Source: an uncultured Dehalococcoidia bacterium
Lineage (GTDB): Bacteria; Chloroflexota; Dehalococcoidia; Lucifugimonadales; Australimonadaceae
Length of the DNA: 38,608 bases
Assembly: GCA_964596665.1 (NCBI GenBank)
Contig: CAZQVD010000001.1
Location: 1-38,608, forward strand
Direction of reading: 5' to 3'
Below are positions 7,482-17,743 of the stretch, piece by piece (position 1 is the stretch's first letter; every line of letters begins with the position of its first letter). A model generated the notes under the pieces. The model saw nothing but the letters and a program-made list of their open reading frames with translations. It had not been told where the DNA came from and made no database searches. Both the position numbers and the translations under genes were made by a program.

Positions 7482-8405
7482 TCAGGCCTCCTCGGTTTGG
7501 GCGAGCTCGGCGAAGTAATCCGCGATCGTGCGCGAGCCATGCGCCGGTGCTATCAGGTCCGTCATCTGAGCGAATGTGTCGAACTGGGCGACGTCGTAGT
7601 TGTGGCGCCCGCGCAGCCAGGTCACCCGCAAGCCAAGCCCTGTCAGCACCTTGCGCTGGTTGCCTATCTTGGGGTCGGTGCCCAACGCCTCGAAGGCGAG
7701 CTCGGCGATGCGCCTGCGGGTGAGTATCTCCGGACCACCAATCTCTACCTCCTTCTCGTGGCCAACCAGCGCGTCCACGCACGCCGCCGCCAGCTCCTGC
7801 TCATGGATAGGATTCACCTGGGCATCGCCATCCTGGAGGAGCCGCACTTGGCCCTTGGCCGCCCGGCGAAGGACGGACGTGAGCGAGGCGAACACGCTGT
7901 TCGAGCGCACGACTAGAGGGTCGACCTCAGCGCGCCGCAACGCCGCGGAGAAGGATTCATGGGCACGGATGTATTCCATCGATCCCAGCATCTTGCCACC
8001 CGAGACTCCCAGGTAACCGAATCGGCGCACGCCCGCCCGCTCCGCCACCGCCAGCAGGTTCCGGTTGCCGAAGTCGTCGATCTGGGGGAACGAATGCTTG
8101 CTGGCAAATATCCCCACGGGCTTGGGGCTGGCCCCCGCGCACGAGAACACGAAGTCGACGTCGTCGCATACGCCGCGCATGGACACCGGGTTGCGCAGGT
8201 CGGCGACGAAGATCTCGTCCACGTCGGCGGTCATGCCGCGGGGGTCCCTTGTCAGTGCGCGAACCCACCAGCCCCGCGCCATGAACTCGGATACAATCTG
8301 GGTGCCGATGGTGCCTGAGGCCCCCACAACCAGCACGCGTTGGGATCGGGGCGGCCCTTCAGGCTCCCTGGCGCGGGCGGTGCGTCTGCGGCGTCGTGAG
8401 TCCAT
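7482..8405 (-). CDS. NAD(P)-binding protein, atypical SDR/NmrA-like family
   Basis: 307 aa. Rossmann motif VLVVGASGTIGTQIV follows an Arg-rich N-terminus. The start codon is uncertain. Confidence 0.75.
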   Translation of the reverse strand: MDSRRRRRTARAREPEGPPRSQRVLVVGASGTIGTQIVSEFMARGWWVRALTRDPRGMTADVDEIFVADLRNPVSMRGVCDDVDFVFSCAGASPKPVGIFASKHSFPQIDDFGNRNLLAVAERAGVRRFGYLGVSGGKMLGSMEYIRAHESFSAALRRAEVDPLVVRSNSVFASLTSVLRRAAKGQVRLLQDGDAQVNPIHEQELAAACVDALVGHEKEVEIGGPEILTRRRIAELAFEALGTDPKIGNQRKVLTGLGLRVTWLRGRHNYDVAQFDTFAQMTDLIAPAHGSRTIADYFAELAQTEEA

Positions 8406-8424
8406 GGCACGCTCGCTCCGGGTT

Positions 8425-9861
8425 CTACAGCCCCAGCTTGCTGGGGTTCAGGATGCCCTGAGGGTCGACGGCGTGCTTGAGCCCACGAGCCAGGATGAGC
8501 GCGTCGCCCCACTCGCGGGTCGCCCACGAGCCAAGCTTCGTTCCCAGGCCGTGGCAGTACTCCACGCCGCCGCCCATGGCGATGGCCGCATCGAGCATCT
8601 CATCCACCGCCGCCCACAGCGGAGGCTGGGCGAGCTCGGCATGAGCGTCGTCGGGGTCGGCGACGAACAGCGAGAAGAGCCGGGGGTCCGTCCATACTGC
8701 CGCCTCGCGGATCGCCAAGGCACGGCGAGCGGTAACTTGTTCGGCGAACCGTTTGTATTCGAGTACCTTGCCCACGGGCAGCGACACATGCAGGTAGTCG
8801 GCCGAGCGCCATCGGCGCTCACGCCAGCGCTCCGTCGGGCGTAGCGGCCTGGTGCGGTCGCGCCAACGCTCGGCAACGGCGTGGCGCGTATGCCAGTACC
8901 GCTGGGTCGCACCGGGCCCGATATCCACGCCACCGCTTGATGTTGCCTCCATCAGCGCGCGGGTACGCTGTGCGACCACCTCTTCGCGATAGCCTTCGAA
9001 TCCCAGGTACAGCAGGCAAGGGAAGCCTTCGGCGTTCTCGCCGGGCTCCTCCTCCGTCAGGTCAACGAGCGCCGGGACCAGGCCGAGGGCGAAAAGCCGC
9101 GTCACCACCGGATAGCCCGCCTCGAACGACGCGAACCCGACCGTGGCGAAGGCTCGCTCCTCCGGCTCGGCGAAGAGACGGATGGTCGCTTCAGTGATGA
9201 CGCCCATCGTCCCCTCGGCGCCGGCGAACAAGCCGTTCAGCATGGGGCCGCTGCTCTGGCGCGTCAGGGGCCGGGTGCGGACGATCCGGCCATCGCCTAA
9301 GACGACCTCGAGGGCCGCGACCTGCTGACCCATGGAGCCGTACTTGCTCGCGCGATAGCCCACCGAATCGGTGGAGATCGCGCCGCCTACTGTTGCGATG
9401 GGCACGCTCCACGGATCGTGGCCCAGGATCAGCCCATGGCCCCTTGCGGCTCCGTCCAAGTCCGCCAGATAGACGCCGGGCTGGACGACAGCGAGGCGTT
9501 CTTCGCGGCGCACCTCCAGCAAGCGGTTCATGCGGCGCAGATCCAACGCGATCCCCCCCACCAGCGGTATCACCGCGCCCATCACGCCGGTACCTCCTCC
9601 GTAGGGTATGACCGGCACGCCCGAGCCTGCTGCGAGCCGAACCACGTCGGCCACCTGCGCTGTGGTCTCCGGACACACAGCCACCGCTACCCGCGACTCG
9701 ACGGCGGCAGCCTCAGTCATGAGGCGGCGGGGGTCGATAGCGTCGAACGAAAGCCGCTCGAGCGTCTCTTCATCGGTCGATACAGCGTCGACGCCGAGCA
9801 AGGAGCGGAGCGTGTCGAGGAAGCTCTTCGAGGGTGGGGCGGATTCGAGGGTAGGAGGCAC
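8425..9861 (-). CDS. FAD-binding oxidoreductase (FAD-linked oxidase, GlcD-like)
   Basis: 478 aa. PCMH-type FAD-binding N-domain (VIPYGGGTGVMGA) and a C-terminal FAD-oxidase domain ending in LNPSKLGL. GTG start. Confidence 0.85.
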   Translation of the reverse strand: MPPTLESAPPSKSFLDTLRSLLGVDAVSTDEETLERLSFDAIDPRRLMTEAAAVESRVAVAVCPETTAQVADVVRLAAGSGVPVIPYGGGTGVMGAVIPLVGGIALDLRRMNRLLEVRREERLAVVQPGVYLADLDGAARGHGLILGHDPWSVPIATVGGAISTDSVGYRASKYGSMGQQVAALEVVLGDGRIVRTRPLTRQSSGPMLNGLFAGAEGTMGVITEATIRLFAEPEERAFATVGFASFEAGYPVVTRLFALGLVPALVDLTEEEPGENAEGFPCLLYLGFEGYREEVVAQRTRALMEATSSGGVDIGPGATQRYWHTRHAVAERWRDRTRPLRPTERWRERRWRSADYLHVSLPVGKVLEYKRFAEQVTARRALAIREAAVWTDPRLFSLFVADPDDAHAELAQPPLWAAVDEMLDAAIAMGGGVEYCHGLGTKLGSWATREWGDALILARGLKHAVDPQGILNPSKLGL

Positions 9862-9864
9862 GGG

Positions 9865-11238
9865 CTACCCTGAAACGATCCGCCATGTGGTGCCGTCGGC
9901 CGAGTCGGTCAGCTCGACGCCCATGGCGGTGAGCTCGTCGCGCACAGCATCGGCTTCCGCGTAGCTCTTGGCAGAGCGTAGCTCGGTACGGCGCGCCACC
10001 AGATCGGTGATGCGGTCGGCCACGTCGGCGGAGACCTCCGCCTGAAGCTCGCTGAACGTGAGGCCCAGCACCCCACCGCCCAGCTCCGCCAGCGTCCGCT
10101 GCGCCACGGAAACGTCGCGGCCCGCCTCCGACTCACGATTGATGTCACGAGCCAGATCGAATAAGGCGGCGATGGCCTGGGGCGTGTTGAGGTCATCGTC
10201 CATGGCAGCGATGAACCGCTGGCGGTGCGGTGCAGCATCCAGCTCGCCTGCCACGCCTGGGTTGGCCGAGGCGGCGACGGCCTGGCGCACGCGGCTCGCG
10301 GCCCGCTCCGCACCTGCGAGCGCGTCGTCGGAGTAGTAGCCGGGGCCCCGGTAGTGGGCATTCAGCATGCCGAGGCGAATCGCATCGGCCGAGTACCGGC
10401 GGAGCGCATCGCGTATCGTTACCAGGTTACCCAGAGACTTGCTCATCTTCTCCTGGTCCAAGTGCAGCAGACCGTTGTGGACCCAATAGCGCGCGAATGG
10501 CTGCGCGCCAGTGAACGCCTCGCTCTGTGCGATCTCGTTCTCGTGGTGTGGGAAGACCAGGTCCTGACCACCTCCGTGGATGTCGATGGTGTCGCCCAGA
10601 TAGCGCAGCGCCATCGCCGAGCACTCGATGTGCCAACCCGGCCTGCCGGGCCCCCACGGGCTGTCCCAAGCGGGCTCACCTGGCTTGGCTCCTTTCCACA
10701 GGGCGAAATCCATGGGGTGCTCTTTCTCCGCTCCCGCTTCCACGCGAGCACCCGCGCGCATGGTGCCCAGCGAGCGGTGGCTGAGCTTGCCGTACGCGGG
10801 GTCGCGCGTGACCCGGAAGTACACATCGCCGCCCGAGGCGTACGCGAAGTCTATGTCGACGAGACCGGCGATCACCTCGATGATCTTGGGGACCTCCTGC
10901 GTGGCCCGTGGGTAGACGTCCGCCTCGCGCACATTCAGCGCGGCCATGTCACGCATGTATTCGTCGCTGTGCTGATCCGCCAGGGCCTCGACTGTGGTGC
11001 CCTGGGCCTGTGCGCGGTCGATGAGCTTATCGTCGATGTCGGTGAAGTTCTGGACGTGGCGCACCTTGAAGCCGCTGAACTCGAGGTAGCGGTGCAGCAC
11101 ATCGAATACGATGTAGCTCATCGCGTGGCCGACGTGGGCGGTGGCGTACGGCGTGATTCCGCACACGTACATCTTGACTTCGTCGCCGGCGGGGGTGAAT
11201 TCGGTTTTGTCGCCGGTGAGGGTGTCGGAGAGTTTCAT
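9865..11238 (-). CDS. cysS: Cysteine--tRNA ligase
   Basis: 457 aa. Class I signatures HVGH (in TAHVGHAMSY) and KMSKS (in EKMSKSLGN). 4-nt overlap with ispF. Confidence 0.97.
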   Translation of the reverse strand: MKLSDTLTGDKTEFTPAGDEVKMYVCGITPYATAHVGHAMSYIVFDVLHRYLEFSGFKVRHVQNFTDIDDKLIDRAQAQGTTVEALADQHSDEYMRDMAALNVREADVYPRATQEVPKIIEVIAGLVDIDFAYASGGDVYFRVTRDPAYGKLSHRSLGTMRAGARVEAGAEKEHPMDFALWKGAKPGEPAWDSPWGPGRPGWHIECSAMALRYLGDTIDIHGGGQDLVFPHHENEIAQSEAFTGAQPFARYWVHNGLLHLDQEKMSKSLGNLVTIRDALRRYSADAIRLGMLNAHYRGPGYYSDDALAGAERAASRVRQAVAASANPGVAGELDAAPHRQRFIAAMDDDLNTPQAIAALFDLARDINRESEAGRDVSVAQRTLAELGGGVLGLTFSELQAEVSADVADRITDLVARRTELRSAKSYAEADAVRDELTAMGVELTDSADGTTWRIVSG

Positions 11239-11738
11239 CGTGAGCGACCCCCGGTTGAGCCGCGCTCGACGATGCCAGCGACCGCCATGGCAGCGATGCC
11301 GTCGCCCGCCCCGGAGAAACCCAATCCGTCTTCGGTGGTGGCCTTTATGCTGACGTTCTCGATGCCGGTGCCGAGCGCCTGGGAAATGGCGCTGCGCATG
11401 GCCGTTATGTGCTCCGCGAGCCGCGGGAGCTGGGCGACGATTGTAGCATCGACGTTCCCCACCCGCCAGCCGCTGGCCGCGAGCATTGATGCCGTGCGCT
11501 CGAGCAGCGTGATGCTAGCGATGCCCTGAGGCACGGCAGGGTCGTGCGCCTTGAAGTGCGTACCGACGTCGCCCAGCGCGGCCGCGCCAAGCAGGGCGTC
11601 GATGATGGCGTGGGTCGCAACGTCGCCGTCGCTGTGACCCTCCAGCCCACGATCGAAGGGGACCACGATGCCGGCCAACACCAACGACGTTCCGGCGACC
11701 AGCGGGTGGGCGTCGTATCCGATGCCGAAACGCGTCAC
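11235..11738 (-). CDS. ispF: 2-C-methyl-D-erythritol 2,4-cyclodiphosphate synthase
   Basis: 167 aa with GIGYDAHPL...GHSDGDVATHAIIDALLGA. GTG start. Overlaps the ispD stop. Confidence 0.96.
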   Translation of the reverse strand: MTRFGIGYDAHPLVAGTSLVLAGIVVPFDRGLEGHSDGDVATHAIIDALLGAAALGDVGTHFKAHDPAVPQGIASITLLERTASMLAASGWRVGNVDATIVAQLPRLAEHITAMRSAISQALGTGIENVSIKATTEDGLGFSGAGDGIAAMAVAGIVERGSTGGRSR

Positions 11739-12490
11739 GCTGGCGCTCCGTCGGCGTCTTTGCCTGCGGCGACAGCGGCGATCAGCGCTTCGGCGAGTAC
11801 CAGATCCTCGGGGGTGGTGATCTTGATGTTCGTGGTCGCGCCACGGTACACGCGGACCTCGACCCCGATGCGTTCGAGCATCGCGGCATCGTCGGTGGCA
11901 TCCTCGCCCACCTCATTGTGAGCGCGCTCCAGCAGATCCCTGCGGAACACCTGCGGCGTTTGGGCCAGAGCCAGCGTGCGCCGATCCAGCGTCCCCACTA
12001 CGCGGCCGTCATCGGTGACGCGCTTCACCGTGTCCGCGGGCACCACGGCCGCGATGGCTGCACCCGTGGCGGATGCAGCGCGAAGGCCATCACGGATCTC
12101 GCTCTCCGTCACCAGCGGGCGGGCGCCGTCGTGAACGACGACCCACTCGCAGGGTGGCAGCGACCGCAGGCCGATGCGCACAGTATCCTGCCGGCGTTCG
12201 CCGCCCAGGCACACGTGCGCGATTTTCTTCCACCTGTGTTCGCGTGATATCTCCGCAATGGTGCCGAGATTCTTTTGCGCGATCATCAGCACGGCGGTAC
12301 CCACGGCGTCGCAGCGCTCGAATACGCCGACGGTCCTGGCGATCAACGGGGTGCCGGCGAGGTCCGCGAGCGTCTTGTCATCGCCGCCCATGCGCGTGCT
12401 CGCGCCCGCCGCGACGATGATGGCCCCGACCGCTGCCTGATCGGGCAGCACCCGATCAGGCACCGTAGAAGCGAAGGATTCGTTGGTCAT
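11735..12490 (-). CDS. ispD: 2-C-methyl-D-erythritol 4-phosphate cytidylyltransferase
   Basis: Motif AIIVAAGASTRMGGDDKTL. The track ORF extends to 12535. I prefer ATG 12488-12490 (MTNESF...), because the 15 extra residues look non-conserved. Confidence 0.92.
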   Translation of the reverse strand: MTNESFASTVPDRVLPDQAAVGAIIVAAGASTRMGGDDKTLADLAGTPLIARTVGVFERCDAVGTAVLMIAQKNLGTIAEISREHRWKKIAHVCLGGERRQDTVRIGLRSLPPCEWVVVHDGARPLVTESEIRDGLRAASATGAAIAAVVPADTVKRVTDDGRVVGTLDRRTLALAQTPQVFRRDLLERAHNEVGEDATDDAAMLERIGVEVRVYRGATTNIKITTPEDLVLAEALIAAVAAGKDADGAPA

Positions 12491-12573
12491 ACTCGTCCAT
12501 AATAGGGGGCGGAGGAGGCGGGCGCAGCATATCATGCGCGTATCGTGAGATACGCAGACAGGAGAGGCACGGC

Positions 12574-13959
12574 ATGTTCCTCAAGCAGTACTTCCTTGAA
12601 TGCCTCGCTCAATCCTCGTACCTGATCGGCGACGAGGTCAGCGGTCAGGCGGCCGTCGTCGACCCGAGACGGGACGTCGATCAGTACGTCGACGATGCGG
12701 CCGCTCAGGGCCTGCGTATCGCCCACGTAATCCTCACCCACTTCCAGGCCGATTTCATATCTGGCCACCTCGAGCTGCGAGACCGCGTCGGCGCCGAGAT
12801 TCATCTTGGCGCTCGCGGCGAGGCGGAGTATGCGCACACGCCAGTCCACGACGGCGACGTGCTCGACCTCGGCGACGTTGGCATCGTGTTCCGTGAGACG
12901 CCTGGGCACACGGTGGAGAGCATCTGCGCGCTGGTGTTCGACCGGACGCTGAGCGAGACGAAGCCCCATGCGGTGCTCACCGGAGACACCCTGTTCATCG
13001 GCGACGTGGGACGGCCGGACCTGATGGCATCTAAGGGGTACTCCGCCGAGGAACTCGCGGGCTGGCTCTACGACTCGCTCCACGACAAGCTCCTCGGTAT
13101 ACCGGACGAAACGCTAGTCTATCCTGCCCATGGAGCAGGCTCGCTGTGTGGCCGCAACATGAGCACGGACACCTTCTCGACCTTCGGCGTGCAGCGGGCG
13201 TACAACTATGCGCTGCAACCCATGACCCGCGAAGAGTTCATCGAGATTGCCGTCGCGGATCTGCCGCCCTCACCCGCTTACTTCAGCTTGGACGCCGAGC
13301 TGAACCGCAAAGAGCATCCCTTCAGAGCTCACGAGCAGCCTAGCTCGCTGTCGCTGGCCGAAATGCTTTCCATGGCCGACCATGGAGCACAGGTGCTTGA
13401 TGCACGCGACTCGACGGATTTCGCTGCCACGCACATGCACGGCAGCACCAACATCCCCCTAGATGGCCCATTTGCCTTGTGGGCTGGGTCGGTGCTGGAT
13501 TTCGAGCGGCCCATCGTGCTCATCGTCAATCCTGGCGGCGAGGCGGAGGTGGGGATGCGGCTCGCTCGCGTGGGGCTGGAGAATGTGGCCGGGTTCCTCG
13601 ACGGTGGCATGCAGGCCCTACAGGGGCATCCTGACCTGCTGGACCGCACGGAGCGCATCACCGCACGCACGCTGGCGGAGCAGCTCAGCAGCGCCGATCC
13701 ACCGGCGGTGGTCGACGTGCGCCAGCGGGCCGAGTGGGTCGCAGGTCACATCGAGGGCAGTATCAACATACCGTTGGGAGAGCTTGCCGGCCGGGTGAGC
13801 GAGCTGCCGGACCGAGCCTTCGCGCTGCATTGCCTGGCTGCATATCGCTCGTCGATCGCCGCGGGGATCCTGCAAGGTGCGGGGGTCACCCGCTTCACTG
13901 AGCTCATCGGCGGCATAGAGGCGTGGGAGGCATCCAAGCTGCCGACGGTCACCGGCTGA
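12574..13959 (+). CDS. Metallo-beta-lactamase-fold protein fused to two rhodanese domains (persulfide-dioxygenase/rhodanese-type architecture)
   Basis: 461 aa. The N-terminal MBL motif reads THFQADFISGH. The C-terminal rhodanese domain has an active-site-like loop HCLAAYRS; the first rhodanese-like domain has no Cys loop. GGAGAGG precedes the ATG. Confidence 0.85.
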   Translation: MFLKQYFLECLAQSSYLIGDEVSGQAAVVDPRRDVDQYVDDAAAQGLRIAHVILTHFQADFISGHLELRDRVGAEIHLGARGEAEYAHTPVHDGDVLDLGDVGIVFRETPGHTVESICALVFDRTLSETKPHAVLTGDTLFIGDVGRPDLMASKGYSAEELAGWLYDSLHDKLLGIPDETLVYPAHGAGSLCGRNMSTDTFSTFGVQRAYNYALQPMTREEFIEIAVADLPPSPAYFSLDAELNRKEHPFRAHEQPSSLSLAEMLSMADHGAQVLDARDSTDFAATHMHGSTNIPLDGPFALWAGSVLDFERPIVLIVNPGGEAEVGMRLARVGLENVAGFLDGGMQALQGHPDLLDRTERITARTLAEQLSSADPPAVVDVRQRAEWVAGHIEGSINIPLGELAGRVSELPDRAFALHCLAAYRSSIAAGILQGAGVTRFTELIGGIEAWEASKLPTVTG

Positions 13960-13977
13960 GCGGCAGCGAATCGACCG

Positions 13978-14805
13978 TCAACGCCACCACCTCCCCGAGC
14001 GCTTCTCCCCAGCGCCCGCGGTCAGCAACGCATACTGCTCGTCGGTAAGACTCCAGCCCGAGGCACCGCAGTTCTCGTCGATGCGCTCGGCGTGGTTGGT
14101 CGCCGGTATCGTGACCGCCACGGGGGTATGCAGCACCCAGCGTAAGAGTACCTGCGCGGCAGTCTTACCGGTCTCCGAGCACACGCGGCCAATCGCCTCG
14201 GCCAGCCCCGAGCGACGCCGCGTCTCGCGCTCGAAGGCGCCTTGCTCCAGCGAGCTGTAGGCGATGATGGTGATGCCCCGCTCTGTGCAGTAGGGCAGCA
14301 GCTCGTCCGCGAACCCGTGGTCAAACAGGCTGTACTTGATCTGGTTGGAGACCACCCTGCCCTGCCCCAGCGCCGCGTCTGCGTCGCGCAGCTCAGCCAC
14401 CGAGAAGTTGCTGACGCCCACGTAGCGCACCTTGCCCGCCGACACGAGCGCGTCCATGGCTCCCATGGTTTCGGCGATGGGGATGCGCGAGTTGGGCGAG
14501 TGGAGCTGGTACAGGTCGATGGTGTCGACGCCCAGGCGCATCAGGCTCTGATCCGCGGCGTGCAGCACATCCTTGTGGTGGAAGTGCGGAGCCGACACCT
14601 TGGTCGCGATGAAGTAGGCCTCCCTGTTGCCCCGTATCGCACGGCCAACCTGCTCCTCGGTTTCGTACATCTCAGCAGTGTCGATGAGCGACGCGCCGAG
14701 CTCCATCGCGCGATGCACGATGTTGGCATCGCCCTTGTATTTCCAGGTGCCGAGGCCAACCTCCGGGATCTGCACGCCAGTCGCACCGAGCGGCTTCGTG
14801 TTCAT
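13978..14805 (-). CDS. Aldo/keto reductase
   Basis: 275 aa. AKR features GLGTWKY, IDTAEMY and HSPN. Confidence 0.88.
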   Translation of the reverse strand: MNTKPLGATGVQIPEVGLGTWKYKGDANIVHRAMELGASLIDTAEMYETEEQVGRAIRGNREAYFIATKVSAPHFHHKDVLHAADQSLMRLGVDTIDLYQLHSPNSRIPIAETMGAMDALVSAGKVRYVGVSNFSVAELRDADAALGQGRVVSNQIKYSLFDHGFADELLPYCTERGITIIAYSSLEQGAFERETRRRSGLAEAIGRVCSETGKTAAQVLLRWVLHTPVAVTIPATNHAERIDENCGASGWSLTDEQYALLTAGAGEKRSGRWWR

Positions 14806-14817
14806 GTCGACGTCCCG

Positions 14818-17289
14818 CTATGCACCCGCCGCCGCCTTCTCGGGCACCGCCTTCTCGGGGGGTGCCTCCTTGCGGGCAAACGCGAGCTTGTCCTTCACGG
14901 CGTCCACCATCACCGAATCGCCGTTCTTGTATTCGCCCGCCAAGATTCGCTTGGCGATCTCGTTCTCCACGTGGCGCTCGATGGCGCGACGCAACGGGCG
15001 GGCACCGTAGACCGGGTCATAGCCCTCCTCGACCAGCCAATCCTTGGCGGCCTTCGTGAGCTCGACGCCGATGCCGCGGCCGGAGAGGCGCTCGCGCACT
15101 TGGTCGACCATAAGATCGACGATCCGAGCCAGCTCCTCCTGCGTGAGCTGGTGGAAGACGATGAACTCGTCCACCCGGTTCAGGAACTCAGGCTTGAACG
15201 AGGACTTCAGCGCATCCATCACCGCGCGACGGTGCCGCTCCTCGTCGGTGGTCGTCTGGGTGCCCGACTGGAACCCGATGCCCGCTTTGCTGAACTCTGC
15301 CGTACCTATGTTGGAGGTCATGATGATGATGGTGTTGCGGAAGTCCACCGTGCGGCCATGGCCATCGGTGAGGCGACCGTCGTCGAGCACTTGGAGCATC
15401 ACGTTGAAGACGTCCGGGTGCGCCTTCTCGATCTCGTCGAAGAGCACCACGCGATACGGACGGCGGCGAACCGCCTCGGTGAGCTGTCCCGCCTCGTCGT
15501 AGCCGACGTAGCCTGGAGGCGCGCCGATCAGCCGCGAGACGGTATGGCGCTCTCCGTACTCGGACATGTCCACGCGCACCATGTTCTCCTCATCGTCGAA
15601 CAGGTATTCGGCGAGTGCGCGTGCAAGCTCCGTCTTGCCCACACCTGTGGGCCCTAGGAACATGAAGCTGCCGATGGGTCGGTGCTCGTCGCGCAGGCCC
15701 GCCCGAGCGCGGCGGATGGCATCGGCAACGGCGACAAGAGCATCCTGCTGCCCGATGACGCGCTGGTGGAGGCGATCCTCGAGGTGGAGCAGGCGCTGCG
15801 CCTCCTCCTCCAGCAGGCGGTTCGCGGGGATCCCGGTCCACTTGGCGATCAGGTCAGCGATGTCGGACTCCCGCACCACCATGCCGGAGTGGTCACGGCC
15901 CAGGAAATCGTTGCGTTGGACGTCGAACCGCTCCTCCTTCTGGACGCGCTCGGACTTGGTGCGCGCGGCGGCCTCGTAGTCGCCACGTTGGGCGTACGAC
16001 TCCTCTTCGTCTTGCAGGTACTTGATCCGCTGGCTCAGCTCGTTGAGCTCCGTCGGGAGGCTCTCGGCGTCCAGCCGCAGCTTCGAGGCGGCCTCGTCGA
16101 TCAGGTCGACCGCCTTGTCCGGCAGGTGGCGGTCAGAGATGTACCGTGAGCTGAGCCGCGCCGCGGCTTCGAGCGCCGCGTCCTCAAAGGTCACCTTGTG
16201 GTGGGCCTCGTAGCGAGGCTGCAGGCCCCGCAGAATCTCGATGGTCTCCTCCACAGTGGGCTCGTCGAGCCACACGGGCTGGAAGCGCCGCTCAAGCGCC
16301 GCGTCCTTCTCGATGTGCTTGCGATACTCGTCGGGTGTGGTCGCGCCGATCACCTGAAGGTCACCGCGGGCGAGGGCCGGCTTCATGATGTTGGCCGCGT
16401 CGATGCCACCCTCGGCGGCTCCCGCGCCGACCACCGTGTGGAGCTCGTCGATGAACAGGATGACCTCGCGCTGAGCCTCCTTCATCTCGTCGATCACCGA
16501 CTTCAGGCGCTCCTCGAACTCGCCACGGAACTTGGAGCCGGCGACGATGCCGGCCATGTCGAGCGCGAGGACACGCTTGCCGCGCAGCGATTCGGGCACG
16601 TCGTCGGAGATGATGCGCTGTGCCAGGCCCTCGGCGATGGCGGTCTTGCCGATACCGGCGCCACCGATGACTACGGGGTTGTTCTTGGTGCGCCTCGTCA
16701 ACGTCTGCATGACGCGCCGGATCTCCACGGTTCGGCCGATGACCGGGTCGAGCTTGCCCGAACGGGCGAGGTCCGTCAGATCGAGGCTGTACTTGTCAAG
16801 CGCCTGATAGCGGCTCTCGGCGCGGGGATCGGTGACCCGGTGGCCACCGCGGACCTGCTGCAGGCCCTGGTAGACCTTCTCCTTGTCGACGCCGTGGCGA
16901 GCGAGGGTCCTGGCTGAATCGCCGTCCTCGTCGGAGATGGCGGCGACGAACAGGTGCTCGGCACCGATGTACTCGTCATGCAGCCGCGCGACCTCCTCTT
17001 TGGCCAGGTCCAACATGTTCATGGCGCGAGGCGTCGGGTGGATCTGGCTCGGCTGGCTGGCAAGCTTCGGCGTCGCCTCCAGTACCTGCTCGATCTCGGC
17101 GCGCACGGTGTCGACGTTCACGCCCAACTCGCCGAGGAGCTGTGCCGGCACGCCCTTGGGGTTCTCGAGCAGCGCCAGCATCACGTGCTCCACGTCCCAC
17201 TGGGCGTGGTGATACCTGCGGACCACGTCGTAGGACGAGCCGATCGCCTCCTGCGCTTGCTCGGTGAAATCTTCCTGCTTGAAAACCAT
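14818..17289 (-). CDS. clpC: Clp/Hsp100 AAA+ ATPase, ClpC-type (short middle domain, IGF loop)
   Basis: 823 aa with two Walker A motifs ([16 protein letters not shown]). About 90 aa separate KAVDLIDEA from WTGIP, which is ClpC-length and not the roughly 160 aa of ClpB. A GIGF tripeptide loop in NBD2 is typical of ClpP-docking Hsp100s. The segment around [10 protein letters not shown], just upstream of NBD1, is ClpB-like. Confidence 0.85.
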   Translation of the reverse strand: MVFKQEDFTEQAQEAIGSSYDVVRRYHHAQWDVEHVMLALLENPKGVPAQLLGELGVNVDTVRAEIEQVLEATPKLASQPSQIHPTPRAMNMLDLAKEEVARLHDEYIGAEHLFVAAISDEDGDSARTLARHGVDKEKVYQGLQQVRGGHRVTDPRAESRYQALDKYSLDLTDLARSGKLDPVIGRTVEIRRVMQTLTRRTKNNPVVIGGAGIGKTAIAEGLAQRIISDDVPESLRGKRVLALDMAGIVAGSKFRGEFEERLKSVIDEMKEAQREVILFIDELHTVVGAGAAEGGIDAANIMKPALARGDLQVIGATTPDEYRKHIEKDAALERRFQPVWLDEPTVEETIEILRGLQPRYEAHHKVTFEDAALEAAARLSSRYISDRHLPDKAVDLIDEAASKLRLDAESLPTELNELSQRIKYLQDEEESYAQRGDYEAAARTKSERVQKEERFDVQRNDFLGRDHSGMVVRESDIADLIAKWTGIPANRLLEEEAQRLLHLEDRLHQRVIGQQDALVAVADAIRRARAGLRDEHRPIGSFMFLGPTGVGKTELARALAEYLFDDEENMVRVDMSEYGERHTVSRLIGAPPGYVGYDEAGQLTEAVRRRPYRVVLFDEIEKAHPDVFNVMLQVLDDGRLTDGHGRTVDFRNTIIIMTSNIGTAEFSKAGIGFQSGTQTTTDEERHRRAVMDALKSSFKPEFLNRVDEFIVFHQLTQEELARIVDLMVDQVRERLSGRGIGVELTKAAKDWLVEEGYDPVYGARPLRRAIERHVENEIAKRILAGEYKNGDSVMVDAVKDKLAFARKEAPPEKAVPEKAAAGA

Positions 17290-17349
17290 GCCCTCCCTCG
17301 ACTTCCTATCCCGTGGCGGAATCGCCCTAGCCGCCTTAACTGGCTCTTT

Positions 17350-17688
17350 CTATCGCTGAGTAAGCTCCTCGACCTGCCGCTCTAGCTCAGCCATCCGCGA
17401 GCTCATGCGAATGATGACGTCGACGCCGGCGAGGTTGATCCCGAGATCGTCTATCAGCGATCTGATCCAGCGCGCGCGTCCGACGTCGTGCGGCGAGTAC
17501 ATGCGTATGTTGCCGCGGGAGCGCGCGGGCGCGACGAGCCCGATGCGCTCGTAGTACCTGAGCGTTTGGGCGTGGACTCCGACCATGCGCGAGGCAACGC
17601 TAATCACGTAGCAGGGCTCGTCCCCGCCGACGCCATCAAACGCGATGCGCGCTTCGAACTCACTCTGAGCGATTCCTCGCTGTGCCAT
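17350..17688 (-). CDS. hspR: MerR-family heat-shock repressor HspR
   Basis: HTH YVISVASRMVGVHAQTLRYYERIGLVAP...GINLAGVDVIIRM matches HspR. I chose ATG 17686-17688 (GGGAG 5 nt upstream) over the track's GTG at 17715, which has no SD. Confidence 0.85.
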   Translation of the reverse strand: MAQRGIAQSEFEARIAFDGVGGDEPCYVISVASRMVGVHAQTLRYYERIGLVAPARSRGNIRMYSPHDVGRARWIRSLIDDLGINLAGVDVIIRMSSRMAELERQVEELTQR

Positions 17689-17743
17689 GCGTGCTCCCTG
17701 TTTCCCAACCACCACGCGTCACTGTCACACCCCGGTCCGGCGC

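Noticed and set aside
14242-16917. Long plus-strand ORFs (471 aa, 239 aa and others) opposite clpC.
   Set aside because: They are antisense shadows of an unambiguous AAA+ gene, with no domain signatures.
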